Below, piece after piece: positions 13,721 to 26,646 of a stretch of 64,000 bases of DNA. Below the pieces are notes generated by a model. The model made no database searches, had not been told where the DNA came from, and was given only the letters and a program-made list of their open reading frames with translations. Made by a program: the position numbers and the translations under genes. The stretch lies in NCBI RefSeq assembly GCF_009914755.1, contig NC_060937.1. One strand, 5' to 3'. Within the stretch, counting starts at the first letter, position 1. Each line of letters opens with the position of its first letter. This DNA comes from the human T2T-CHM13v2.0 reference genome, Homo sapiens.

Positions 13721-15430
13721 AATATAGAAACTTAGAATTCCCTCTGGTAGCCTCTCTGCTGTCCCCTTTATGACACAGGTGAGAAGGGAGGAAGGAAAGG
13801 GAGGTCCTTCGGGTGGCAAGCGTGAAGGGAGTGAGAGCTCCATTCCTCCTTCGTCTTTTTGTGAGAGCAGGGCCTCTTGCCATCCCGGGTGCCTGAGTCT
13901 GAAAGGCACTGTGGCTCAGAGAGGGCATTTGGCTTGTACACAGCAAGCAGGGAAGTGGGAATTTCAAAGGGGCCAAAATGGCGAAGGAGGAACCCTGAAT
14001 CAGCTGCCAGAGCTGGGATGCCTGTTCCTGTAATGATTACACTGAAATTACTTCCATCCAGAATGGAATACATATATACTCTCACCAAAGAAAGGGTTTT
14101 TTTTTTTTTTTTAACGCGAGACTTGTTTTTAAAATCATCACTTGCTCTTTATGAGTATGCAGTGACATCATGGTGCTAGTCATAAAAATATAGCGAAAGT
14201 AGGAGAGACATATCATCTTTTGTCCACAGTTAGACAAACAACAAACATTTAGAAAATTTCAGGTTGTTGCTGTCAAGTACTAAAGCCACCATCTGCATAA
14301 GGCATGGCAACCCAAGGTTAAACCCTAAAATGGAATCTCTCTGAGTCAGGGTCTCTGCCCACTGAACCAGCCTGAAGGTTAAGCAAGGTCAAGAAGCAGC
14401 TGCAGAGAATGAATCACCGGCTTCCTCCTCACCAGCAGGGGCTCCAGCCTGCTTGCCGTCTGATTCTATGCCTGTATACCTGCTTTCTGGTCTCAGGCTA
14501 CCTCTGCTTGCAGTGACACCTTGAACTCTCTTGACATGAGTGTGTCTCTTTGCTGGCCCCTGTCCAAGTTTGTCCTCTGATATGAAGTGTGATTCTGTCC
14601 CGGCAAATTAACCTTTTCAGGTTTGATTGCTGGACCCTCTTTTATTAGGAAGTATATGGCCTGAAAATGCATGGATTCAGGCACTTTTCAGGATGTTGGA
14701 CAGATCTGCAGAGATTAGAGAGCAGGTGTCCATACTCAAGGGGACAGTTATTTGCAGAGCTGGATGTCCTTACTGAACTCTGGAGGGTTGGCAGCAGGTG
14801 AGGTTTGGTGGAGAGAGATCAGGATCATCTAGAGTGCCTTTTAGACTCCCTGCACATGCTCTTGGAAATAATGCTATACCCTCTCCCAAACAGGGCGTAT
14901 TCAAACCCCCCACATAGGGAATACTGTTGATGTGAGTCACTGTTACTCGTGACAGCTTCTTACTCCACAGAAGTGCTGAACACAGGTAATTGGGCCACAT
15001 TCCTTGGTGCAGAGTGGTGGTTAAATATCACAGTCCCTCCATAGTGGGTGGTAACCAGCCACTCTTCTTATCCTCGATGTGACTGGATGCTCCCCCTTCT
15101 CTCCCAGGCCCTGCATCACCCGGCCCTCACCAAAATTCAGTGGCAACAGATGCCTGACACAGGATGCAGGTGCAAGGGTGCTGAGGGTCTGTGCTTCAGT
15201 GCCTCAGCCGCTGCTGTCACTGGGATATGCCAGAGCCAGCTGTTCAGCATTTTGGGCATCACTGCTGTCTGTGCTGAAGGTAGAGAGCTGCTACAGATGG
15301 ACTGAGCCAGAAAACCTTTGAGCGGGGGCTGGAGCTTCTGTACTTTTTGATGACTTGTCCAGTTGGGAACCACTAACCAAGACTTCACTATTCCTGTTTT
15401 CTGAATATTTGTTGGTAAAGGGCTAAGTCA

Positions 15431-15432
<2 letters not shown>

Positions 15433-15472
<40 letters not shown>
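15433..15472. repeat. (GT)20 microsatellite
   Basis: Direct reading. Confidence 0.98.
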
Positions 15473-15474
<2 letters not shown>

Positions 15475-16399
15475 AATTGCAGATTTTTACGGGGTGTGTT
15501 AAAGTAGGAGGAGGTAAGGCAGTTGCAAAAAACATAATATGCAGACATCAAGAAAGATGGCAATTTACCCGAAGCACATTTTATGCCATCATTGAGCTTC
15601 TCCCTGCCTTTTAAAATTTGTCATTAGTTAAACAGACACAGTAAACATCTTTGATCCATTCTTTCGATTATTTGCCTTCCTAAGTATGTTTGCAAACTTG
15701 CCCCCTCTTCTTCATTCCCTTTGTCATTGATTTTTGAAGCAAGAGTGGCTTCAATACATTTCTCTTTGCATCTCTATATCCAATGTCTCCCTCCCCCAGG
15801 CCAACCTCCTCCACAGCCATCAAAGTGATGCTTACGAGACCCAAAGCTGATCAAGCCATCGACCACTTAGATTCTGCAGGCACTCTCTGTCACGTAAGTG
15901 TAATGCATTAGTCTCTCAGCGTGACCAGAAGGTGTTGATGATGTGATGTGTCTGTTCTTATCTCTTAGCACTGCCTTTGCTCTGCCTCCTTTCAGATGTA
16001 TCAAATATTTGAAGTTGTCTGAGCAAACCATGGTCAGATTGGGGGGCCTCTGTCTGCACAGGCCACTCCCTCTCCCTGGGAAGCCTCTTTGGCCTTTCTT
16101 TCCTTCCTGCTGCCCACCCTTCTCCCCAGTAACTTCCACTGTGCTGATGGGGTTGACCACTTAGCTTCAGCCTGAACCCTTGGTCACTTCTGGTGAAGGC
16201 CTGCTCTTGAAAAAAGCACGGCCTTTTTGTCTTTACAGGCCAAACATTGTATGTACAACTCAGCCATGCGGTCACCACCCAGGTGTTTTACACCTTAAGG
16301 GCACTCCAGGCCCTCTGTACAGCACACTGCAGGTAAATCAGCTGGTGATCATCGAATACACAAATGAATGGCAAGAACAGAAGGAACTGGCTGGTGGAA

Positions 16400-17450
16400 C
16401 AGGCCCAACACCATGTGGAAGTTGCCAAGGCTTGGGGCCTGCACCCTTTGAAGCAATGGCCCAAGCTGTACCTTGGCCCCTTTCGGTCATGGCTGTAGCT
16501 GGAGTGTCTGGGACATGGAGCACCAAGTCCTGAGGCTGAACAGAGCAGCGGGACCTTGGGCCCGGCCCACAAAACTATTTTTTCCTCCTAGTCCTCTGGG
16601 TCTGTGATGAGAGAGGCTGCTGCCAAGATCTCTGACATGCCATGAAGACATTTTTTTCCCCATCGTCTTGATGATTAGCATTTGGTTCCTCGTTACTTAT
16701 GCAGATTTCTGCAGTGGCTTGAATGTCATCTCAGAAAATGAGTTTTTCTTTTCTATCACATTGTCAGCCTGCAAATTTTCCAAACTTTTATATTCTGCTT
16801 CCCTGTTAAACATAAGTTTCTATTTCAGATGACCTCTCCCAGGTTCAAAGTTCCACAGATCTCTAGGTCAGGGCCAAAATGCCACCAGTCTCTTTGCTAA
16901 AGCATAGCAAGAGTGACCTTTGCTCCAGTTCCCAAGAAGTTCCTCATCTCCATCTGAGACCATCTCATTCTGGATGTCATTGTTCACATCATTACCAGCA
17001 TTTTGGTCAAAACCATTCAACAATTTTCCAGGAAGTTCCATACTTTCCCACATCTTCCTGTCTTCTTCTGAGCCCTCCAAACTGTTCCAACCTCTGCCCA
17101 TTACCCAGTTCCACAGTGACTTCCACATTTTCAGGTTATCTTTATAGCAGTACCCGACTCTCTGTAGCACCAATTTACTGTATTAGTCTGTTTTCACATT
17201 GCTATAAAGAACTACCTGAGACTGTGTAATTTATAAAGGAAAGAGGTTTAATTGACTCACGGTTCCACATGGCTGGTGAGGCCTCAAGAAACTTACAATC
17301 ATGGTAGAAGGGAAAGCAAACACCTTCTTCACAAGGTGGCAGGAGAGAGAAAAGCAGGGGAAACCACCACTTATAAAACCATCAGATCTAGTGAGAACTT
17401 ACTATCATGAGAACAGCATGGGGGAATCTGCCCCCCATGATTCAGTCAGC
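16400..17450 (-). mobile_element. THE1-type MaLR: partial LTR (17179-17450) plus adjacent internal sequence
   Basis: LTR end tgtattagtctgttttcacattgctataaaga...ggaaagaggtttaattgactcac; MaLR internal ORF remnant GRGWNSLEGSEEDRKMWES (16868-17173, -). Confidence 0.88.
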
Positions 17451-18004
17451 TCCCGCCAGCTGCCACCAGGTCCACGACCTATATCTTTATCATCCCTCTG
17501 TGATGTATGGTGGGCAAACATTCTTTAGAGATAAAAGTTTCCTGTTAAATATTTGGAAATATACTTAGGAAATAATGCTGGTGCAACTGACAAATATCCC
17601 TCTTTAGTGACTCCATAGCCCATGTCCCTCCTGGAACACATAACCTCACTGTCTCATTGTAGACTGGGGAAAAGCCGACCCATCCCCCACACAGCTGCAG
17701 CGAGATCTTCCTAAAGTTCACGTAAGATGTTATCACCCCTCTGGCTTAGGAGAAACAAAACAAACTTCCTATGACTCTCGCTACCTTGAACAAATGCTTC
17801 ACAGTGCCTTTTGCCGTGGAGCTCAAACCTGCTGCTCCAGAGTCATCTCCTTCTTCTCTTTCTTCCTTTCTGTGCACCTTCAGTTTCAGCAACACTGAAC
17901 AACTAACCATTCCCAGAACATTCTACATTTGGCCATGTCTTTGTGTCATTGCCTAGCAAGCTCCTTTTGGCCTGGGTAGCCTATCTTTACCTTTTCATTT
18001 ACTC

Positions 18005-18122
18005 AGGCTGGCACCTTGATCTTGGACATGCCAGCCTACAGAACCATGAGAAATAAATTTCTTTTGTTATAAGCCATCCACTTTATGATATTTCATTACA
18101 GTAGCCAGAACGAACTAAGACA
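18005..18122 (+). mobile_element. MLT1 LTR 3' fragment
   Basis: caccttgatcttggac...ccagcctacagaaccatgagaaataaattt...aactaagaca. Confidence 0.75.
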
Positions 18123-19249
18123 TGTGTGAATGTCAAAATTTTGCTCTGCCCCTTACTTTGGCATTTCAATAGTTAAATAAAAGGTAGGCATGCCTCATCA
18201 GCCTGTGTAACAACTTAAAATGTTCTCAAACAGGCCTTCCAATCCTCCAATCTAGTTCCATTCCTCCCACTTTTAACAATTTCTGGACTCTCCAAAGAGA
18301 GCATCAGTGTGAAGCTCAGGAGCCATTCTGCCGACTGTAGCACCATGCAATATATGCCCTGATTATTCTCTCCTGCTTTGGTTCTAACAGAAGCATCACT
18401 GCTCCCACTAGTGATGGTGCCCTCACGCCATGTTGGCATCTCCTAAGAGCCACAAAGCCATGTTCTTCAGGATGTGAGAATGGGATGGGAGTTTCTGAGC
18501 AGAGGTGGCATGCCCATGGTACCCTCCTGCTTATGTGGTTACCTGTGTCCCAAGGTGGGTCAGCCTGTGTTCAGGATCTCACAAAGTCTCTCATGAAAAT
18601 AGTTGTGGGCTTCAGACTCATTCTTTGCTCCCAAATCAAAGTTTAACACAAATCATGGGCTCTTGTGTGGCTCTGGCATGGTTCATCCTTTGACCCCAAA
18701 GCCAATGTTCTTTCCACCATCACCTACTGCTTTACACATCCACAAAGGAGGTGACACACAAATCTGTCTAAATACAAATACACAAATCTGTGATTCTTGT
18801 TTGTTTGGCCTGAGATCGTCATACTCAGTATACTTGTACGGCTCAGTAATACTTGCCCTGGATGGTCCGTTCCCTAAATTGTCTCTACCCAAAAGCGTGA
18901 TAGGCAGAGCTCTGATGGTTTTAGGAACTGCTCCCAAGTCATCCTTCACATTACCAACCCACCGACTTGCCACTGTCGAGGTTGCCTATTACCTTCCAGT
19001 GGCCCATCCAATGGGCACCCTGGTCCTCCTCCCACTGCCTCACTCTCAGCGTCCCACACAGGTGGTTATGCTCTTCCTCAGAATGCTGGCTTTCATGGCA
19101 CCATAGCTTTCCCCACCTTTGTTAGCCTTACCTCTGAGCTCCACTGAGTGCTTCTCCGGAGTTTTTCCTTTGGGTTTCTGATAAAAATCTGATTCCCCAG
19201 GATTGCCTGTGTCCCTGTTACTTTCTTTCTCAGACTTCAGCTGGATGTC

Positions 19250-20125
19250 TGCACTCCCCCTCTCGGCTCTAATACCCTCTGCCTACTCAGAGCTCCATAC
19301 TGGTGTGTTAAGTCCACGCCTTTCTTGTATGAGGAATCATATCTCATCTACCTTGACACCCTCAAAACTGAGCTCCCCATCCCACCCTTCCAATCCTGTT
19401 GCTCTCTAAGTCTTTCTTATCTCTTTAAGTGATGTCACACTCTTCAATTTCACATTCAGTTTGCAGTAAATTCTGCATGGTGAGTCTTCTGAACATACTT
19501 TGAACCCACCTTACATTTTCTGTATTCAGTGCTTCTACCTAAATCTGAGCCATTATTATCAGATCTCTTCTTTTCTCTTGGCCTGACCCCTTACTCTATT
19601 CAAGGTCAATACACCACATGGAGTCAAATTTTTCTTGATTAAATATCATCCTACCATTCTCTGACTTAAAAGGCTGCACTAACTTTGCATTTTCCTGGAG
19701 TTAAATCTCATCTCAGACTGTGGCTTATGATGTCTTGCTTATTCTCCTAAACTTGCCTCAGCTTACCCTTTCATTCCCATACTCTATCCTCTATCCTCAC
19801 TACACTGATCTTTGCAGAGTCTTGACCAACGTTTCCTGACTTACAGCTTGCATATGGTGTTCTTCGTACCTGGGATACCTTGTCCCTTGTCCTTCACATG
19901 TGCTTCCCCTGATGTTTCACCTAAATAGGATCCATGCACAACCCTTCATTAATTTTTTACCTAAGCATGGCCTTTATGGCATATTTCTAAGTCTGTAATT
20001 ACCTATTTGTTAATCTGTTTATGATCTGTCTCCCTCTACTAAGCTATGTGCTCTATGTAGAGGGGGGCCCATGTTTATTTTGCTCTATATTGTTTATTCA
20101 TGATCTGCATAGAGCCTGCTTGTCT
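19250..20125. mobile_element. Decayed L2 fragments
   Basis: Pyrimidine-rich L2-like text including the 3'-end motif tgtctccctctactaagctatgtgctc. Confidence 0.5.
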
Positions 20126-20129
20126 GAAA

Positions 20130-20280
20130 TTTTTTAAATTAATTAATTTGAATATTTATAATTGACATATTATAGTCGTACCTATTTATGGGGTACAGTG
20201 TGATGTTTCAATGCATGCACATGATATATAATGATCAGATCAGGGTAATCACCATATCCATCACTTTAAACATTTATTGT
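20130..20280 (-). mobile_element. L1MA 3'-end fragment
   Basis: tatttatggggtacagtgtgatgttt...aatgatcagatcagggtaat...ccatcac. Confidence 0.75.
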
Positions 20281-20524
20281 TCAATAATAGGAAATGATTC
20301 AAATCATTAGTCATTATACCAGGATATTATTTATCATTTAAAATGATATAAGAATGAAGATTGACATACAAAGTATTTATGGAATACGGTTACTAAAAAG
20401 CAGGTTGTAGAGCAATGTGATTTAATTTGATCTTCTGTGCCAATCTGTCCACACGTCTGTTCATCTGCCTATTTGTTCATCCATCAATTCACCCTTCCTC
20501 TCACCCATCCATCCCCCTATGTAT

Positions 20525-20548
20525 TTTAAAGGGTGATCACCCTTTAAA
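20525..20548. repeat. Perfect 24-bp palindrome tttaaagggtgatcaccctttaaa
   Basis: 12-bp arms, no spacer. Confidence 0.97.
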
Positions 20549-20649
20549 TTTACTAAGGGAAGGAAAATAGATCCTGGTGTAGCAACCACAATGTCATATA
20601 TATATATAGTAAATTTTGTCTAGCAATTTATAGATTGTCCACTCAAGCC

Positions 20650-21145
20650 TGTGAGTTTTAGAAGAAGCTAACTCTTCCTCTGGTCTCAGGGGTGGAGCGG
20701 CTGATTAAGGCCTAAACTGATATCAGAGTAACCCCATCACGTGGCTACAACTGTGGATTCAGAAGCGAATAAGTAAGTCCTCTCAAGGAGTGAGATGAGG
20801 AAATATGCTTGCTAAGAACTTGTGATAATGACAATTCTTGCTCTCCTAAGATAACTTTCATAAATGGCTCTCAGTTCCTCTCCTTGAGTATGAGTATGCC
20901 TACATCTGTCCCCACCAGTGCTCGGGACCAATCCTGATACGATTAAAAAAAAAGAGACAGGCTTGGATGAAGCTGATACCATAGGAAATAGAATAGAGCG
21001 GGGAAACTTGGCATCGCTAAGCCGCTGCATCAGTAAACCTTTAAGCTACCCTGCCTGTGGCCTCAGATCCACACAGACCCCCAGTCCCCTTAGTCATTCA
21101 AATCGATTGATTTAAGTGGGCTTTTCTCTTATCCAAATCAAATGT
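20650..21145 (+). mobile_element. Possible old ERVL LTR (LTR16/LTR33-like)
   Basis: caggggtggagc..tgattaaggcctaa start and tttaagtgggcttttct end resemble LTR16-family text; weak. Confidence 0.4.
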
Positions 21146-21448
21146 ACCATGATTTGGTGTGCATGTGTGTGTAAGTATATGAGCATTGGCAGATAAAGAG
21201 AGACATACAGACAGAGAGAAAAAAAGTCTGAAGTGACACCCAACAGAATGTAACAATGTTCTGGGTTACAATGATAGTCAACTTTTCAAATCACATTTGA
21301 CCTTTCAAATTTTTTTTTTGCAATAGGCCTGAATTACTTGTTTGATCAGAGAAAAACATCAACAAAAGCAACAAACCATTTAGAAAACAAAAATCAGGCA
21401 GTTGCATTTGGAGGAAAACAGACTAAGTTCAGAATGTGGTAGAAAGGA

Positions 21449-21488
<40 letters not shown>

Positions 21489-21490
21489 CA
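21449..21490. repeat. (TG)14(CG)4 alternating purine-pyrimidine tract
   Basis: Direct reading. Confidence 0.97.
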
Positions 21491-21519
21491 TAATTCTCAT
21501 TATCTGTGACCATGAGTAC

Positions 21520-21720
21520 CACATGAGCCAAAGTATGATACATTAGCCAAAAAATACATATGAATATAGTACAAACTTTTTTTTAACAAGACAGTGTCAA
21601 GGTCAGGGGTGTTAATAATGCCACTGTTCTTTGCTCAAGTCAGACCACACTTGAAGTATCAGTTTCAATTTCGTTACTACAAGAGTTCAGGAACTAGCTG
21701 ACACGTTCCAGGGATACTGG
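21520..21720 (+). mobile_element. L3/CR1 LINE remnant
   Basis: gtcagaccacacttgaagtatcagtttcaattt resembles the conserved CR1 ORF2 C-terminal motif. Confidence 0.55.
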
Positions 21721-24342
21721 GAAAGGATTTATGCATTTGGAAAGAGATGGAATTTTAAGACTTTTGAAATTTTTTTCCCATTTAAGATTCTATAGTTCTC
21801 TGATTTTCATGTTGCTCTTGGACATTAAAAAAGCAATCATATTATAAACAGAGAAACCACAGATCAGAGAGCTCAAGTGACATGCCAAGGCCCTACAATT
21901 GGTTAATGCCAGAGTTTTGTCCAGAAGCCACTTCATAACCCACACGCTTATTAAAGAGGAGTAGACAGATGAGATCTGTCCAGAGAACTGCAACAGGGAT
22001 GACTTGGGCCGCACAGATCATTTCCAAATGACTCATGTTTAAAGAACCAGAGAACCTTGTGAGGGCGAGAGAGCATAATGTTGTTATCAAATAAAGCTGT
22101 CATAGGAAGAAGAATGCCACTTGTTGTGATTAGCTGAAATAAAAAGAAACACAGAGTTGATGAAGAGCTTTCTTTTTTTTCTTTAATAATAGAAGTAAGG
22201 ATTTTCTGACATGAAGAAATGTCTATAGATGGTCTAAGGTGATCGAGAGTGGGAAGGGAAGGTGGCAAAGACTTGTCATTGCTCCGTTCTTCCATGAATA
22301 GACGCCATAGCTTTTAGGTAGGCACCTGGCTGCCCAGGTGGAGAGCACATTGCCCCGCCGCTTGGCAGTAAGGTGTGGCCTGTCACAAAATAACTTATTC
22401 TCTTTACAAATTAAAGGTTGGCAGCCACATAATGAGTTTATTTGCTATGCATTGCAGGGCTTATATGGTTCAGAAAACAGATCCACACAGCCTGGGATGT
22501 CCTGCCTGGGCCTCACTTTTGAACTGCTTGACACCTAGAGAGACGGCAGCCTTTACCATTCAGTTGTTAGGGGTTCAAGTAATTGCTGAAAGTGTACCAC
22601 AGAGAGACTTAGAAAAAAAAAACAAGGAAAAGAGGCACACATGGGTTATCTAAAGTTACAAAGACAGGGGAATTAAAATAGAAGTAGAAGTTTGTTAGGA
22701 GCTTAGTTAAGTTAAATTATCTTGGGCCATTAAAGTAAGTCAATAGGTAATGGGTATAATGCATTAATGAAGAATGAGGGATAAAAATTCGTGTTTTCAG
22801 AGAAATGGAGTCACTGCCAGGGGAAACTGCCAAGCTAGTGAATAGTGGTTGCCTATTTGGAAGTGGAGCTGGGTGGGGTGTGCATGAAGCAGGACATTCT
22901 TGTTTTCAATTTTAAGTGCTAAGTACTATTTTATTTTTAAATATGAGCACATATTACTTTAGGAAAAATGCATGCACACACACACATGGCTCTAGCTCTG
23001 GTTCTGAGGGATGCTGAATGATTTTTCAAATGTGGGTGGGTTCTGCACACAGTCTGTAGATGGGACATCAATACGGAATGGATGGGCTGCTACCTGGAGG
23101 CTAGAGTGTGTTTAAACATACAGAAAATTATGCTGCCTTTGGTCTGTTACATCTCCGACTGTCACGGGAGGCAAACATTCTCCTCTTTAGCCCAGCACAC
23201 AGAGAGTGCTTGTGACTTGCACCCAAGTGCTTTACTTCAGCATACTATTCTCGGGTTTCCTCATAAAAAGTTATTGGGGCTTTCAGAATATTAGAACATG
23301 AGTTTTTCTGTTACATAAAGATTCAGCTTAGCACAATTAAAAAAAAGATACGTATTTTTTATTTGAAAATTGTCTTGCAGTCTGCCATTTTACTCCCACC
23401 AAAGCAACGTGTTGAATGTTTAAAAACCTTTGTCAATATACAGAGTACAGCACTCAACCATGAGAGAGTAAACTGCTGGTTGCTCATGTGAAAATCTCCA
23501 CTATGAGTATCTGGTATTTTTCTCAAGACCTTGTTGAAATTGAAAACTGCAGAAAAATAAATATATTTTTCTTTTTACTGCACAAAACCTCTTGCTCACC
23601 CTCCCCATGGTAGTTAAATATGTCAGTACATCATGTCTTCAAAGCCATTTTCCTTCAGCATTATTTCTTTTGTATTGCATGAGTCACAAATCAACCTTTT
23701 GCTTTTCAACATCAGAATCATAGCTTTTCTCCTATGATTGCCAAGCTGAAGGTACAGTGGAGCAAAATAACATGTTTTGTACACCCAGCTCTCTGAAGGG
23801 TGGAGGGGAATGGTGCTTCAAGCCCCAGAAGAATATGCTTCCTCCCATGGAACGGGACTGCAGAACCCCATCCAGGAGCAGTCAAGACGCATCTGTGGGA
23901 GGTTCCAGGGCTCAAGACATTTGGCAGCACTGCTGACGTGGACGTTCAACTCAGAAGACCAGATCTTGGCTTAGCCTCAAGGAGAGTTAGGTCTTTGTTG
24001 TGCTTGGATGGAAACTGGCAGGGCTCTTTGATAGGTGTGAGGGTTTTAAGGGAATGAAATAGTAACATTAAATTTGCAACAGTTATTCTGCAAAATCTTC
24101 AAATCCATAGAAATAGCTCTATTTCTGCTACAAAATGAGTTTTGGATGAGGAATGAATTACCTCGGCATCACTTTTGCATTTGTGCCCTTGTATTTGGTT
24201 TTTCCTTTTTTTTCTCATTTTGGTTTCCGGTTTTTAGGGTTCAATTTTAAATGATTGTAAAAGGTCAAGCCCTGGGTGAATATTTTCAGAGCCCTTTAAT
24301 TGCTTGGAACTTCTTTCTAACATGGGGAGCCTTTCTCGGTAA

Positions 24343-24705
<363 letters not shown>

Positions 24706-25621
24706 TCTAAAAAATATTTTTATTTAAATTATCTAGGCTCTGGGAATCTCTTTTCCACACATCTAAATAAAAGAATCCTAAATATCATTTTATAATTTTT
24801 TTCACTAACAAGAATCCTATCTTGTGGTGTTAGGAAGCAAGGCATGGACTGTATTGTGGTATTCTGAGGTTTAATCTGTACAAGTCCAAGTTGTTACTGT
24901 TAGTCACTTCCACACATCTTTGAAGGTTACACCTAGACCTGATTCTGTGCTGAGATAATATACCTGCTTTTTTTTTTTATTTCCCAAGGGAATTTGGTAT
25001 TTCTTTCTGTATTCACATTTCCTGTCACTCTGACTCTTGCATCTGACTCCAGCCAGGAATGAGCCTAACACATTGCCACCACATTTCCAAAAAGAATTCA
25101 CTGTGTCTGAAAACAGAGATGTAATTGAGTTCTATGGATTGCAGATTACCTAGTTATTGGAATGAATGCTGTCCCAAAACTGTACTGGCTCTTACAACAG
25201 CCTCACAGAACCACAGAGAGCCAGGTATTTCTGCCCCTACTGACTAGGCCTCCCAGCCACTTTATATTAACTAAGCTTTAGAAGAAATGTGCACAAAAGA
25301 GGTAGAGGGGGCCGATAGGAATAGCACAGGTTGTACCATTGCATACTTACTGTTTCTTGGGAGCCTACAACAAAGGCTTTGTACATTTGAATAAAAGCTA
25401 ATGGTGCAACGCTAGTTGCTATGGCTCTAGGGTATTAATGAACATAAATATTAAGGTCTTAATTATGCATGCCACTTAATATATTGCATTTGAGGCACTG
25501 ATATTCTGAAAATATACAAGGTAATCGGCTATTTCTCCCAAAGCTAAAAAGAGAGACTTGCTAAACATTTAAAAAATTGTCTAGATCTTTCTTTTCCTGT
25601 TTCCTTCCATCAATCCTTCCT

Positions 25622-25657
25622 ATATTGTATTTCTCCCAATATTGTATTTCTCCCAAT
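25622..25657. repeat. 17-bp perfect tandem duplication (atattgtatttctccca x2)
   Basis: Direct reading. Confidence 0.93.
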
Positions 25658-26614
25658 TTGTTACTGCCAATCTTCTGTGGATATAGAGACTAAATATCAA
25701 AGCTTGTGAGAATTATTCATAAAGTAAGGACATAAAGGTTCTGATGAAGGAATTTTTAAATAATTTCACAGACTCTGTAATGTTCATTTTAGCTTCTTAG
25801 AAATCAGCCCCTCCCCTTTACTTTGTATGTTTCCTTATTCTTGACTAGATTCTAGATCAAAGATGTATAAATTGTATTCCATAATTCTACAGGGGTGCTT
25901 AAGGAGTAGCTTAAGAGCTACTGTAGATAGGACTGAAGACCCTATTTTTCCTGCTCCCCGTCTGACTATATTGTGAAACTGCATGTGATTAGATTTGTTT
26001 TAAAATGTCCATATTGGTTGAACAGGTTGAAAAACCAGTTCCAGAGAAGGTAATACATAGTTAAATTGCATATAGATAAATAGATCAATCTTGTGATATA
26101 TGCAGCAGCTGTAATGAATTCTTCCATTGACTGATATATTATCCATTGGTAGAATTATAGACAACACAATACTACCCAAACCACAAAACTCTTTGGACAA
26201 AGAAAAGTGAGTGGTGATGAAGATTCACAGGTGTTACAAGTTGGTCTTAAAACATTGAGATTGACTAGTCTTAGGTGGTTTTGCTGAATTACCTCTCCCT
26301 TAATATTAAACCCTTATGAATTTCAAGAAAAATTTCATCCATATGTTTCTGATTCAATTAGTATTAACTCATTAAATGTTTTTTAAAAGCTATTTGAAAT
26401 TTGAGAATCCTTTTTATGAGCTTTAGTAATCCTTTCTTCTTTGAATTAGGAAGGAGAATTTTGCCAAGAGTTAATGGTACTTGAACCTCAATACGCCTAA
26501 GGGGATTCTAAACTTAGCAAAAAATCCACCATCCTGTCACAACCAATGGCACTCGTACTTGCAAACTATCTGCCACTTGCTATCTCCTTCCACATGCTTG
26601 ATGATGTTAGATCA

Positions 26615-26646
26615 TCATATGTAAAAGATATGTCTTTTACATATGA
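26615..26646. repeat. Inverted repeat with 14-bp arms and a 4-nt centre
   Basis: tcatatgtaaaaga-tatg-tcttttacatatga. Confidence 0.95.

Noticed and set aside
14502-14660. 159-nt open minus-strand segment between ttttcag and gtagcc (possible coding exon)
   Set aside because: Weak donor, unrecognised peptide and no partner coding exons.
16868-17229. Overlapping 75-116 aa ORFs
   Set aside because: MaLR (THE1) internal-region remnant.
18603-19106. 167-aa ORF (similarly 42774-43238, 27028-27742, 29090-29371)
   Set aside because: No recognisable domain or coding-like composition, several with non-ATG starts; expected by chance in 64 kb.
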